DNA of 38,151 nt from a virus. The stretch lies in the IMG/VR virus record IMGVR_UViG_3300045988_161139; one strand, written 5' to 3'. Under the pieces are notes generated by a model. It did no database searches and was not told the DNA's origin. It saw only the letters and a list, made by a program, of their open reading frames with translations. The translations under genes were made by a program, and so were the position numbers. This document shows, in pieces, positions 6,755 through 15,972 of this stretch; the first letter of the stretch is position 1; each line of letters opens with the position of its first letter.

Positions 6755-7330
6755 TTATCGGAACACGGCCCATCCTATTTTCGTGCCGACATATTGTTTT
6801 TCCCGGATCGGATCATACCCTACTATGACCTCACCGCTCCATCGGCCTCTCGTATAGCGTCCGTAGATGCCCGCCCACTGGTTATATGGATCGATTCCGA
6901 GGGCGAGCCCCATTTCCCAGCGCGGCGGCCGCACCTCGGTATGCAGTTTTGTAACCGTAATCTCACGGAAAACCGGCTTTACTACGGCCGAAGCCCGCAA
7001 CAGCCGGTTTTCTCCTACGGTCGCATCGACAAGGAACGTTCCGGTCGAATCGGCGGAGAAATCCAGCCGGTAATCCCGTTCGAGCAGATAGTCGGCGATG
7101 ATTGCGGCTGTATCTACACTCATGTATTTCCATACCGTATCGGCCGGTTCGCGCACCGCGACCGGATAGGGTTCCCGAATGGTGTCGTACACGGGAACCG
7201 GCCACGGCACCCATCGGGTAACGGTGCTGTCGCGCATTTCGACGGAAGCCGCCCCGCGGCGGTAGCCCCAGCCGAAAAACAGTGAACCGACGATGAATGC
7301 GGCCAACAGATATGCGAGTAATCGTCTCAC
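6755..7330 (-). CDS. Hypothetical protein with N-terminal signal/TM, last gene of the lysis cassette (spanin-like candidate)
   Basis: MRRLLAYLLAAFIVGSLFFGW... It overlaps the endolysin stop by 4 nt. Confidence 0.45.
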   Translation of the reverse strand: MRRLLAYLLAAFIVGSLFFGWGYRRGAASVEMRDSTVTRWVPWPVPVYDTIREPYPVAVREPADTVWKYMSVDTAAIIADYLLERDYRLDFSADSTGTFLVDATVGENRLLRASAVVKPVFREITVTKLHTEVRPPRWEMGLALGIDPYNQWAGIYGRYTRGRWSGEVIVGYDPIREKQYVGTKIGWAVFR

Positions 7331-7731
7331 AGATGCAACACCTGCCTTCGGTTCTTCCCGTCGGCACGGTATGAAATATGAATCCAGCGGCCCCGATTCT
7401 CGTCGATGAGCTGGTCGAAGGGGATCGCGCTGGCTGCGATGCGTTCGAACAGCCGCAGATTATCCGCGACGCTGCCGGTGGTGATGTCGGCCGCTTCGCC
7501 CTTCATGTGCTGGCTTGCCGCAGCGCCGCCGACGGCTGCGTTGAGCGCCGGCGATCGGTAGCCGCTGTTCACGCCGATCGGATTGCCCCAAAGTTCGCGC
7601 ACGGGATCGAGGCATTCATCCATCAGCGCATTGAGCCGGCGAATGACGTCGTGCGACGGCGCGTTGTCGATGCGGCGCGCTGCGGCCGTATCGGAACGCA
7701 CCAATTCGGAAAGGGTGAAATACGTTGCCAT
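7327..7731 (-). CDS. Endolysin, peptidase M15 (L-alanyl-D-glutamate / D-Ala-D-Ala peptidase family)
   Basis: ...GVNSGYRSPALNAAVGGAAASQHMKGEAADI... matches the SGYRS..N..VGG..SQH..G.A.D Zn-binding core of the Peptidase_M15_3 family. Confidence 0.8.
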   Translation of the reverse strand: MATYFTLSELVRSDTAAARRIDNAPSHDVIRRLNALMDECLDPVRELWGNPIGVNSGYRSPALNAAVGGAAASQHMKGEAADITTGSVADNLRLFERIAASAIPFDQLIDENRGRWIHISYRADGKNRRQVLHL

Positions 7732-7736
7732 ACCTA

Positions 7737-7919
7737 TTATCCTTTCATTCGGTCATACCACATCTTTGCCCGCCAGCCTGCGGCGGCTCCTGCGGCCGCC
7801 CCGAATCCTGCGCAGAGCGTCGCCGTGGTGCGGATGCCGCTCGGCAGGAGGTTGAACAGAACCACCAGCGCAATGACGGCGGTCGACACGCAGAGTGCGA
7901 TTTCGACTTGCTTTTTCAT
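7737..7919 (-). CDS. Holin-like small membrane protein
   Basis: 60 aa with two hydrophobic segments (IALCVSTAVIALVVLFNLL; AGFGAAAGAAAGW) and a charged C-terminus, immediately upstream of the endolysin. Confidence 0.6.
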   Translation of the reverse strand: MKKQVEIALCVSTAVIALVVLFNLLPSGIRTTATLCAGFGAAAGAAAGWRAKMWYDRMKG

Positions 7920-7955
7920 GGCTTTTACAGTATTAAGGTTGAAGCGATTTATACG

Positions 7956-8570
7956 TTATCGATACTCGGGCAGCAGGTACTGGATGTTCATGGCCGCCGT
8001 GTGCATGATCTCCCGCGCATTCTCCTCCGATACGGACAGCGGGCGGGTGAACTCGCAGAAGATGCTGCCTATCCAGTCGTGGCGGTTGTCGTTGAGCCGT
8101 TTGATGATGGCCGCCCGACATCCGTAACTCAAAAGGATGGACTTCGCATATTTGTCGTTCACCTGCTCGTCGATATCCGTGATGTAGAGGAAGAGGTTCT
8201 TCACCAGATCGCTGCTGAACTTCGGCACCTCCGAAATCGGAAGGCCCTGCATGTGCGGTTTCATCGGTTCCACCCCTTTGCGCTTGACCTCGTAATAGAC
8301 GGACAGCAGGCTCTCGTTGCCGAGCGGATGCGGCTGTACGACATAGACCCGATCGGCATCCAGCTCGTGCAGAACGCTCCACAACTCACCGTACACGATA
8401 GACGAATTGTCGGCCCGACGGATGCTTTTCGTCTCTTCGTCCTTTTTGAACTTCTCGATTTTCAGGTCGGTCAGCTTGTTTTTGCTGTACTGGTTATAGG
8501 CGAACCACGCAGCGATAATAGTCCCGAAGGCACTGATGATTGCGGGAAGGTATTCCATATTGTATTTCAA
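7956..8570 (-). CDS. Membrane-anchored hypothetical protein (moron candidate between tail fibres and lysis genes)
   Basis: N-terminal TM LPAIISAFGTIIAAWFAY followed by an approximately 170-aa soluble domain. No family recognised. Confidence 0.5.
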   Translation of the reverse strand: MKYNMEYLPAIISAFGTIIAAWFAYNQYSKNKLTDLKIEKFKKDEETKSIRRADNSSIVYGELWSVLHELDADRVYVVQPHPLGNESLLSVYYEVKRKGVEPMKPHMQGLPISEVPKFSSDLVKNLFLYITDIDEQVNDKYAKSILLSYGCRAAIIKRLNDNRHDWIGSIFCEFTRPLSVSEENAREIMHTAAMNIQYLLPEYR

Positions 8571-8573
8571 AGA

Positions 8574-8828
8574 TTAAACATTGTGTACTTGTTGCCTTTC
8601 CTCTTCGCGCTGCGCCACCCGCTCGGCTTCGAGCTCGGCGAGGGTCATTTCGTTTCGGTTGTACTCTGCGTTCGCCTCCTCGTATCGAGCGAAATCTTCG
8701 GGATAGGCCTCGCGGAACGATGCGCCCGTCTTACTACATTTTGCGGCTCGTTCGTCCGAGGAGGCCATGATCGCGCGCAGCGCCAGCTGCCGCGATTGCA
8801 AAGCGTCGATTCTCTTTTGCAGTTCCAT
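8574..8828 (-). CDS. Small coiled-coil protein, hypothetical
   Basis: 84 aa, highly charged with heptad character (ELEAERVAQREEERQQ). Confidence 0.45.
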   Translation of the reverse strand: MELQKRIDALQSRQLALRAIMASSDERAAKCSKTGASFREAYPEDFARYEEANAEYNRNEMTLAELEAERVAQREEERQQVHNV

Positions 8829-8848
8829 AGTTTATAATGATTTTCGTT

Positions 8849-10201
8849 TTACAAAGCAGCTACCGGCCGAACATCCTGTGATATACATTTGACGTAGGAA
8901 AACATGATCCCTTCGATACGATAACTCATGAATGCAGAACCGATATCGCCTTCGCAACTCGTCCAGCAAGAAGCGGAGTTTGCCAATAAAGTCGCCTTAC
9001 CGAGGCGCGACAGCGTGCGGTTCACAGGGTCGCGCTCCACATCGCCGGCTGTCAGTACACGATCGTGCAGGAGCAGATAGAGTTCTTCGACCGACGGCAG
9101 CCACCAGCTGCCCGCTTCGAGCCCTGTCGTCGTACTTTCGACCGCGACGCCGTATTCAAGTGCGGCCGCTGCGGCCGGATAACAGGGTTTGCTCTGACCG
9201 TAAATATCCGTAAAGCGCAGGCGGCCGATCTTCGCCGTGTTCGTCCTGCCGTCGCGCAGCATCGCCCCGTAAGCGCTCGGATACTGAGCCATGTGCTCGC
9301 CGAAGAGATACGATGCATAATCCGCATAGGCAGCCCGCAGCTCGGCGCAGAATTGGGAACCTTCGAACGACGCCTGATTGACGATCGTCTCCGAGCCGAG
9401 CGGCACGTTCGAAGTCGGGGCTGTGCCGTTTGCTGAGTAATATTGCAGGAACAATTCGGAATTCATTCCTGCCCGCGTACCATTCACACCGTTCTTGCGT
9501 CGAACGTATTCGACCGTCTGACCCTCATCGAGCAGCAGCCCCGTAAGGGCTGCTTGATAGTTCGTGTCGTCGGGCCGTGTCGTGAGTGTCGCGCCGCTCA
9601 TCGCTTCGATCGTCGTCCATGATTTCGAATAGCCGTTCGACGTGAGAACGATGCGTCCTGCCGCCTCGTCCGCCGTAGCCGACCAACCGCCGCGATCGAC
9701 GCTGGACATGTTTACTTCACCCGTTTTAAATGCCGCATTGGCAGCTGCTGCGAGGTCGGAAAGCGTAGCACCGGCGGTATAGGTGATCGTCTTTTCAATC
9801 GAGTCGGCGAATTTCAATACGATCGTCCCGCCGGCTGCCAGATCGAAATCCGACAAGGCGACTTCGTAGGAGTAGGCCCAAAGGGATATAGTAGGACTAT
9901 CGAGTGAGACGATCAGCACTTTGTCGCCCTGCCGCGCATAGACGACAGCCAGCGGGGTGAGGGTCGCAGGAAGCTGTGCGGCCGAGAGGGTCTCACCCTT
10001 GACGAACCGGATCGCACCGGCCGTCTTGTCGTAGACCGCGCAGTCACCGACCGAGGCTGCATCCTTGCCCACGACGATGTTCACGCCGTCGTAGATGATT
10101 TCGTTGTCGCTGGCGATGAGCGAGACGGCCGATTGCGTCGACAGGCGATCCGTGTCGGAGGCATACGCCGCACGATCCGTATATTTGTTTACTTGTGACA
10201 T
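8849..10201 (-). CDS. Tail fibre / receptor-binding-associated structural protein
   Basis: 450 aa, rich in Thr/Ser/Gly/Ala as is typical of fibre proteins. It lies immediately downstream of the LamG-containing fibre gene. Confidence 0.5.
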   Translation of the reverse strand: MSQVNKYTDRAAYASDTDRLSTQSAVSLIASDNEIIYDGVNIVVGKDAASVGDCAVYDKTAGAIRFVKGETLSAAQLPATLTPLAVVYARQGDKVLIVSLDSPTISLWAYSYEVALSDFDLAAGGTIVLKFADSIEKTITYTAGATLSDLAAAANAAFKTGEVNMSSVDRGGWSATADEAAGRIVLTSNGYSKSWTTIEAMSGATLTTRPDDTNYQAALTGLLLDEGQTVEYVRRKNGVNGTRAGMNSELFLQYYSANGTAPTSNVPLGSETIVNQASFEGSQFCAELRAAYADYASYLFGEHMAQYPSAYGAMLRDGRTNTAKIGRLRFTDIYGQSKPCYPAAAAALEYGVAVESTTTGLEAGSWWLPSVEELYLLLHDRVLTAGDVERDPVNRTLSRLGKATLLANSASCWTSCEGDIGSAFMSYRIEGIMFSYVKCISQDVRPVAAL

Positions 10202-10213
10202 GGTATCGAGGTT

Positions 10214-12025
10214 TTAGAGGTTTTTCCAATCCGCCACGGCCGCGTTGCCCGTGGACTTGTAGACGGCGCCCGAGGCGGTGTCGATGTAGAACTGGCCGGC
10301 ACGATCGGGCGCTTTCGTCGGGGCGCCGCTGCCCGTCAGGATCAGGTTGTTCGGGCCCCACACGCCCAGCTCCCTGACCTGCAACTCGGGGATCACGGCA
10401 GCGCCCGACAACACGGCCACGAGTGTCCGTTCGAGGGTCGTGACGCGGGCTTCGAGGCTGCAATCCGATGCGGCGAGGACGGTGAAGGTATCGCTGTCTC
10501 CGGAACGCTGTCGATAATCGAACACGGCCGTGCCGCCCGTTGCAGTCGGAACATACGGCAGATCGAGGCCCGCACCCGACGTGTCGCGCCACTTGTCTGC
10601 CAACAGACCGGCGGCGATGTATTCGGCCACAAGTCCGGTGCGCATCTCACCCGACAGAGGCAGCATGTACCGCTCCGGTTCGCCGCCGTTCCACAGCGTG
10701 GCGACCTCCGAGGCCGTGAGGGCGTAGTTGAAAAGACGTGCGCCGAGGATGACTCCGGAGAAAGACCCGCTGCCGTCCGATAGTGCCCCCAAACAGAAAT
10801 GCGTGGGGTCGGTGATCGTGGAATAGTCGGTGGTCTCCCGATCCTTCACCGAATTCATATATCCCGCAGAGGTGCCGTTTTTGTCGAATGAGACTACGAC
10901 CTGGTACAATTTCCCCGATTCGGGATTGAACGACACGAGGGTCTTGGGGCCGATGTTGCAGAACAGACGGTTCGATGCGATGAATATGGATACTCCGAGG
11001 TTCGCGTTGGAACCGCCGTGGTCGAAATAGAGGAACGAGTTCGGCGTTCCGTCGCATTTGAAGGTTACGACGAGTGTCTTGGCGGTGGAGAGACACAAGG
11101 CAGGATCGGTCGACACGAAGCCTCCGTTGCCCGTTTTGACGCCCGTCTGACGTCCCTGCAAAGGGGCTATCTGCGACGATTTGATATATCCCGTCGAAGG
11201 GTCGAGGTCGGCTTTGCCGGCGAGTGCATCGGGAATATCCGATACGGACACAGAGGTACGCATCGCCGAAAAGGTGCCTCCTGACTCTGTAATGGTCAAT
11301 GCAATGTATTCCCCCGAAGATATATATTCGATTTCGAGTGTTATTTTCAGTGGCAGACCAACACTCCTATTTACATCTACTATCACAGGAATAGATGCAC
11401 TCCTGTTCGCCGCAGCGGGATCGGTCGACACAACGACGATACAGTTTCGCCTGAGCAACTTCGAGCATAACTTGCTGAATGCGTCTACACCCCCGACGGC
11501 CGCACTGATCTCTTCGCTCGTACTGTCGCTATCGATGCCGAGATAACCGGAGGGAAGGGCCGTGTTGTTGAGCAGATCGGCCCACTCCATCGATGATGCC
11601 GTATACGGCAGTCTCGATAAGGTAAATGTTTCCGATGTCAACGTAAGACTGGACGGGAGCACGTATGTCTGCGATGCATAATATCCGATGACGGCCTTCG
11701 TATCGGCATGCACTCCATATCCTGACGGTACGAGGTATTGTCCTCCGTTATCGGGAATCCTGACAACAGGTACCGTGTGAATCGGATCCGCAACGATCCG
11801 ATCGTATGCTGCCGCGATTTCAGAGGCAGACATATCGGGCAGATAGCTGTCGTCTATGGGGTCGGCTTTGGTCAACAACACCACAGGGGTTGTGTTCCCC
11901 AGAAACTCGGCGATCTGGTCGAGCGTGGCGAAGGTGGACATGCTATCCCCGTCCTGAATCTCCAACGCAACCGCACCGTTCAGGGTCTGAGCTTGCTGTA
12001 AGTCTTTGATCTTATAATTTGCCAT
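10214..12025 (-). CDS. Tail fibre protein with a concanavalin-A-like/LamG domain
   Basis: ...THFCLGALSDGSGSFSGVILGARLFNYALTASEVATLW is a LamG/Laminin_G_3-type motif. The C-terminal ...GQFYIDTASGAVYKSTG... is fibre-tip-like. 603 aa, downstream of the tape measure. Confidence 0.65.
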   Translation of the reverse strand: MANYKIKDLQQAQTLNGAVALEIQDGDSMSTFATLDQIAEFLGNTTPVVLLTKADPIDDSYLPDMSASEIAAAYDRIVADPIHTVPVVRIPDNGGQYLVPSGYGVHADTKAVIGYYASQTYVLPSSLTLTSETFTLSRLPYTASSMEWADLLNNTALPSGYLGIDSDSTSEEISAAVGGVDAFSKLCSKLLRRNCIVVVSTDPAAANRSASIPVIVDVNRSVGLPLKITLEIEYISSGEYIALTITESGGTFSAMRTSVSVSDIPDALAGKADLDPSTGYIKSSQIAPLQGRQTGVKTGNGGFVSTDPALCLSTAKTLVVTFKCDGTPNSFLYFDHGGSNANLGVSIFIASNRLFCNIGPKTLVSFNPESGKLYQVVVSFDKNGTSAGYMNSVKDRETTDYSTITDPTHFCLGALSDGSGSFSGVILGARLFNYALTASEVATLWNGGEPERYMLPLSGEMRTGLVAEYIAAGLLADKWRDTSGAGLDLPYVPTATGGTAVFDYRQRSGDSDTFTVLAASDCSLEARVTTLERTLVAVLSGAAVIPELQVRELGVWGPNNLILTGSGAPTKAPDRAGQFYIDTASGAVYKSTGNAAVADWKNL

Positions 12026-12029
12026 AGTG

Positions 12030-12371
12030 TCATTCGGTTTTGGGTAGATCGCCCAGACGCAGGAAATCGTGTACGTTGGACGGATGTTGTCTGAGATGAT
12101 GCCGAGCCGCTGCGGCCGTCAGATTCAAGTGTGTGTAGAGTTTTCCGCGATAGCGGATCACGATGCCGGATTTGAGCATGTAACCGCCGTTTGCGCCTTT
12201 CTGCTCCTTCCGCAAATAGGAGGCGATCATCGCGGCCGCATCACGGAACCGGTTGGGACACCGGCCGCTGAAATCGGAAAGCATCGGACGCCCGAACACT
12301 TCCCGATAATCCGATTCGATCCGCTTCTTCTCTTCCATGCACAGAGAGGTGCCCGATGCGCACCTCTCCAT
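12030..12371 (-). CDS. Hypothetical small protein (C-terminal portion of track ORF 12030..12935, from the internal Met)
   Basis: MERCASGTSLCMEEKKRIESDYREVFGRPML... has normal composition and starts 26 nt after the stop of the 12398..12979 gene. The upstream part of the 301-aa track ORF is Arg-rich shadow-frame sequence. Confidence 0.4.
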   Translation of the reverse strand: MERCASGTSLCMEEKKRIESDYREVFGRPMLSDFSGRCPNRFRDAAAMIASYLRKEQKGANGGYMLKSGIVIRYRGKLYTHLNLTAAAARHHLRQHPSNVHDFLRLGDLPKTE

Positions 12372-12397
12372 GTACCAGTCCAACGGTTGCATACCCC

Positions 12398-12979
12398 CTA
12401 CTCGGCCGGAGTACACAATGCTTCCAGCGCGGCGCGAGAAGCGTCGATACCGCCGGCGTCGAAGAAGATCTGCGGCGTCGGTGCGTTCTGCTCGATCAGG
12501 TCGCCGCCCCAACCTCCGTTGTAGCCGTCGCCGTACTTGTCGAGCGTCGCGTTCTGCATCGATGCGCCCTGTTCGTAGCCGATCACACAGAACGCCTGGC
12601 TGCCGTCCGCACCCTTCGCCTTGTTCTCGTAGATAGCGACCCAGTCCTCGTTCTTGAACGCCTCGATGTTCTGCGAGTTCGCGGGGCTGTCGGCCAGCAT
12701 ACGCAGCGGCAGCGTCTTGTTGATGGCGATGCCGATTTCGGCGTTCTGATCCTCGTAGATCAGCCCGTTGTAGGGCGTTTTGGAGGGAATCGAGAACCGA
12801 TAGGCCCTCTTGCCGGATTTGAGTGCGATCTTGGTGATCTTCGGTTTGGTGTAGGTCGTCGCCGATTCGTCCAGATCGGACTTCTTGATAAGATAGGCAA
12901 TCTTCTCGACGCCCACCCCATAGACCGTGTTGCAATCTTGCAGGATATCGCCTGCCAGATCATTGATACATTCTGCCAT
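12398..12979 (-). CDS. Tail structural protein, hypothetical
   Basis: 193 aa, first gene after the tape measure. It is preceded by the conserved promoter-like element. Confidence 0.5.
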   Translation of the reverse strand: MAECINDLAGDILQDCNTVYGVGVEKIAYLIKKSDLDESATTYTKPKITKIALKSGKRAYRFSIPSKTPYNGLIYEDQNAEIGIAINKTLPLRMLADSPANSQNIEAFKNEDWVAIYENKAKGADGSQAFCVIGYEQGASMQNATLDKYGDGYNGGWGGDLIEQNAPTPQIFFDAGGIDASRAALEALCTPAE

Positions 12980-13020
12980 TGTTTTTTTTATTTATTATAA
13001 AAGGATTAATTCGTGTTTGA

Positions 13021-13075
13021 AGCAAATATAGGATACGCAGGAAGGGTTCCTCCGAACTTTTCGCTGTTTTTTTAC
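13021..13075 (-). promoter_or_regulatory. Conserved late-operon element, copy 1 (-7 box TATATTTGCTTCAAA plus upstream AGCGAAAAGTTCGGAGGAACCC block, minus-strand sense)
   Basis: Plus strand: tttgaagcaaatataggatacgcaggaagggttcctccgaacttttcgctgttttttt. It is near-identical to 24585..24643. Confidence 0.55.
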
Positions 13076-15663
13076 CTTTTGCGTCCGGCGTAGCGCGCCG
13101 TCTCATCCTGCACCTTGACCCGCCGCTGACCGTTGTTTATATCCCTGACCGTCACGACAGGGTTCGGAAGCCGGCGCATCACGCGCTCGAACATCTGTTC
13201 CATCTGACGCATCCCCGAACTCTTCTCCGGAAGATGCCGCGTCGGAATGGCGTTGCCGCCGCTCGACACGTTCATCATCGAGAGCACCGGCCCCCAATCC
13301 ACGACCGCACGGGCCGTCATCACGGCCTCGCCGTTGGACAGCCGCGCAGGGATGCTGTCGCTCGTACCCGTGCCGGGGCCGGTCACAAGACCGCCGCGGG
13401 CAAATTTCGGCGTAGCCGGTTTCTCGGCTTGATTCAAAACTTGGTACGCCTGCGCAATAGCGGAAAGGACAGCCGCAATCGCAGCCGCCATTTTGATCGG
13501 ACGCGCGGCATTGCCTGCAATCGCTTCGGAGATCGCCAACGCCGTATTGACACCGATATTGAACAGCGCCAGCAGTTTTGCGAACTCGGCAAACTCCGCA
13601 TTATCTTCGGCCAGCGTATTGAACAGATTGGCTGCCGCACCGCTGATCGTCGACATCGCCGTCAATGTGGTGTTTAGCTGATATTCAGCCTGCTCTTTGG
13701 TAATTCTTGCCGTCTCCAATTTCGCATCCTGAACCGCCATTTCACCATTGAGAACGGCCGTCTGGTATGCAACATCCGAATCATACAGAGATTCTTTCGT
13801 TGCTTCGTCCATACTCAGCAGTGCCTGGTATTTATCCATAGCGATGCGAAGCTCCTCCTGCGCGATCGCCCGCTGGGCGGAGAGACGTTTCCCATTATCC
13901 TCGCTTTTCAGGTCGGAATAGTTCTCGTTCTTGACTTGCGCACGAGCCAGGGCATCCATCTGGGCATCCATACCGAGGCGGGCCCTGATGCGCGCTTCCT
14001 CACGCGCCAACTCCTTGCGCAACGCCTCCTCGCTGTATTTTTCCTCGACGGATATTCGGTCTTTCTGATACTTTTCGTCCAGAGCCAATATCCGTTTGTT
14101 CAGCGTCTCTTTCTCTTGAAGGAGCCACGCCGCCTGCTCTCCTTCGGCGGTTTTCAGCAGGATGTCGATCTCGCTGATTCGCTTTTCTGCCGATTTTTTC
14201 GCAACCGAGTTTTGCTCAGAAATGCTTTTTAACTCGCTCTCTTTCGTCTTGGTACGCATCTGCTGGACGAGTTGGAAATAATCCTTCTCCGCTTTGAGGG
14301 CCGCATCTTTCGCTTCCTTGATGGCTTTGGCGCGGGTTTTGGCGGTTTGGGTTGCTTTTGCATCGGTTTCATTCAGACGTTCTTGCAATTCCCGCAGAGC
14401 GGAATTTTCCTGAGCATTTAGCCGTTTTAACCCCGCTTCCATTTCTGCAAGTTTGTTGTTTGTCTCAACTGAATTCTTAGTCGGTTCGGCACTTAATTTC
14501 GCGATCTCGAAATCCAACTGGGCGATGTCCTTTTTGATTCTGAACATTTCCCGCGTCTTGTCTATTGCTTCCTGTGCATATTTTGCACGTTCCGCATCCG
14601 AGTTTTTCAATTTATCGTTCGATTTCAGTCGCGCCTCCGCTATTTCCGCTTCGAGTTCTGCAATCCTTACGACGCCTTCCCTGTATTTGATGTTTCGTTC
14701 TTCCTGTTTAGCGGCTAACTCGTTGAATGTTTTCTGTAATTTATCGGCTTCTTCTCTCTGGCTTGTAAAAAGCCTAGGAGTCTTATAAGGGCCTACCTTC
14801 ACAAAATCCTTCAGATAGATTTTTAACTTTGTCCAGAAAATCTTAAATTTCGATGTCGTATTGACGATCGATTCGCCCATCCTGTCTATGGTATTGGTGT
14901 AGGCTGCATTCCACGCATCGGCTGCGGACATCGCCCTCTGATATTTATAAAACAACTCTTCGTTCTCCTGAATACGGGCATTTACTTCCCGAATGGAAAA
15001 CGATAGCGCCTGATAGCTGGCATAGATAGCAGCAATAGCAGCTCCGATAGGTGTAGCAATGAATGCCGCCATCTGTTTAACAAGAGACCCAATGGCACCT
15101 GCTGCACCCTTAATGACATTCGTAATGCCTCCCGCATTTTGAGCCGTTTGCGCAAGTTGTAGCAAGAAATTGTTTCCAACAGGAAGCGTGTTCTGAATGG
15201 CATTCTCATAATTGCCGACATTCGAACGATAATCGCCGATTGCGGCCTCCGCCTCTTTAACGGCGTCACGCTGGGCTTTGATATGATCTGCTAACGCTTT
15301 CCCGCTGGCGCTTTCGCGTTCGGCGGCCGATAACCTTCCATACTGCGCAATAAGGCCGTTCAGATTCGCGCGTAGTTGATTCAAAGACCCGTCAAGCTCT
15401 TTTTCGACCTTAATGTTATTTTGAATCTCTTTTTCATACTGTCTTTGTTCATCCGTCAAGGCTTTTGTGGTAGACTTCAATTCTAATTGTGCCTTTTTAT
15501 AATCGGACAGCGAAATCTGGCCGGTCTCGTACTCTTTTTTGAGGTCGGACAAAATCTTCTTATTGTCTTCAATCGCTTCGTTGGCTTTTACCCAACCCTG
15601 AACGAGTTCCTTATAATTGAAGCGAATATTAATAATCTTATCGATCGAATCTTGTGTAGCCAT
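13072..15663 (-). CDS. Tail tape measure protein
   Basis: 863 aa. Long coiled-coil/alpha-helical K/E/Q/A-rich repeats and a Gly-rich C-terminus (GGLVTGPGTGTSDSIP). Position fits a tail module. Confidence 0.8.
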   Translation of the reverse strand: MATQDSIDKIINIRFNYKELVQGWVKANEAIEDNKKILSDLKKEYETGQISLSDYKKAQLELKSTTKALTDEQRQYEKEIQNNIKVEKELDGSLNQLRANLNGLIAQYGRLSAAERESASGKALADHIKAQRDAVKEAEAAIGDYRSNVGNYENAIQNTLPVGNNFLLQLAQTAQNAGGITNVIKGAAGAIGSLVKQMAAFIATPIGAAIAAIYASYQALSFSIREVNARIQENEELFYKYQRAMSAADAWNAAYTNTIDRMGESIVNTTSKFKIFWTKLKIYLKDFVKVGPYKTPRLFTSQREEADKLQKTFNELAAKQEERNIKYREGVVRIAELEAEIAEARLKSNDKLKNSDAERAKYAQEAIDKTREMFRIKKDIAQLDFEIAKLSAEPTKNSVETNNKLAEMEAGLKRLNAQENSALRELQERLNETDAKATQTAKTRAKAIKEAKDAALKAEKDYFQLVQQMRTKTKESELKSISEQNSVAKKSAEKRISEIDILLKTAEGEQAAWLLQEKETLNKRILALDEKYQKDRISVEEKYSEEALRKELAREEARIRARLGMDAQMDALARAQVKNENYSDLKSEDNGKRLSAQRAIAQEELRIAMDKYQALLSMDEATKESLYDSDVAYQTAVLNGEMAVQDAKLETARITKEQAEYQLNTTLTAMSTISGAAANLFNTLAEDNAEFAEFAKLLALFNIGVNTALAISEAIAGNAARPIKMAAAIAAVLSAIAQAYQVLNQAEKPATPKFARGGLVTGPGTGTSDSIPARLSNGEAVMTARAVVDWGPVLSMMNVSSGGNAIPTRHLPEKSSGMRQMEQMFERVMRRLPNPVVTVRDINNGQRRVKVQDETARYAGRKR

Positions 15664-15720
15664 AATTTTATAGTTTCTTGTTTTTGCGTATCTTTGTTCT
15701 CAACCAAATCTCAAATCATC

Positions 15721-15972
15721 ATGGCTGACATCTATGCAATCATCGGAATCGTAATGCTGATATTCGGCATTCTGCAAATCGTTCTTTTCTTCAAACTCTG
15801 GGGAATGACGAACGATGTACGGCGACTTACGGAACATTTTCTGAAATCAGATGAAAATGAGAATATAAACCTTCCTTTTAAAGAAAAAGATGGATCCGGC
15901 GATCTCATAGTAGGCATCGTGATTACTCTTATCGGTATTTTAATCATTGCTATTCTATTTTTTACAGCTTGA
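15721..15972 (+). CDS. Small two-TM membrane protein on the opposite strand within the tail module; paralogue of 4901..5296
   Basis: MADIYAIIGIVMLIFGILQIVLFFKLWGMTNDVRRLTEHFLK...LIVGIVITLIGILIIAILFFTA. Internal Met of track ORF 15487..15972. The upstream part of that ORF is antisense to the tape measure gene. Confidence 0.55.
   Translation: MADIYAIIGIVMLIFGILQIVLFFKLWGMTNDVRRLTEHFLKSDENENINLPFKEKDGSGDLIVGIVITLIGILIIAILFFTA

Noticed and set aside
7378-8837. Large plus-strand ORFs antisense to the minus-strand operons (for example 7725..8837 at 370 aa, 15947..17035 at 362 aa, 21311..22642 at 443 aa, 18043..18969 at 308 aa)
   Set aside because: They lie opposite well-supported genes (endolysin/holin, tail, MCP), are Arg/His/Pro-rich and have no coupling or promoter context. 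High-GC antisense frames are routinely open.
8849-12025. A diversity-generating retroelement targeting the tail fibre
   Set aside because: No reverse transcriptase gene or template/variable repeat pair is evident anywhere in the window.
12030-12935. The 301-aa Arg-rich ORF overlapping the 12398..12979 gene
   Set aside because: Its composition (RRRLQRRLGRRPDRAER...) is typical of a shadow frame in GC-rich DNA. Only its last 113 codons (12030..12371), which do not overlap, were kept as a possible small gene.
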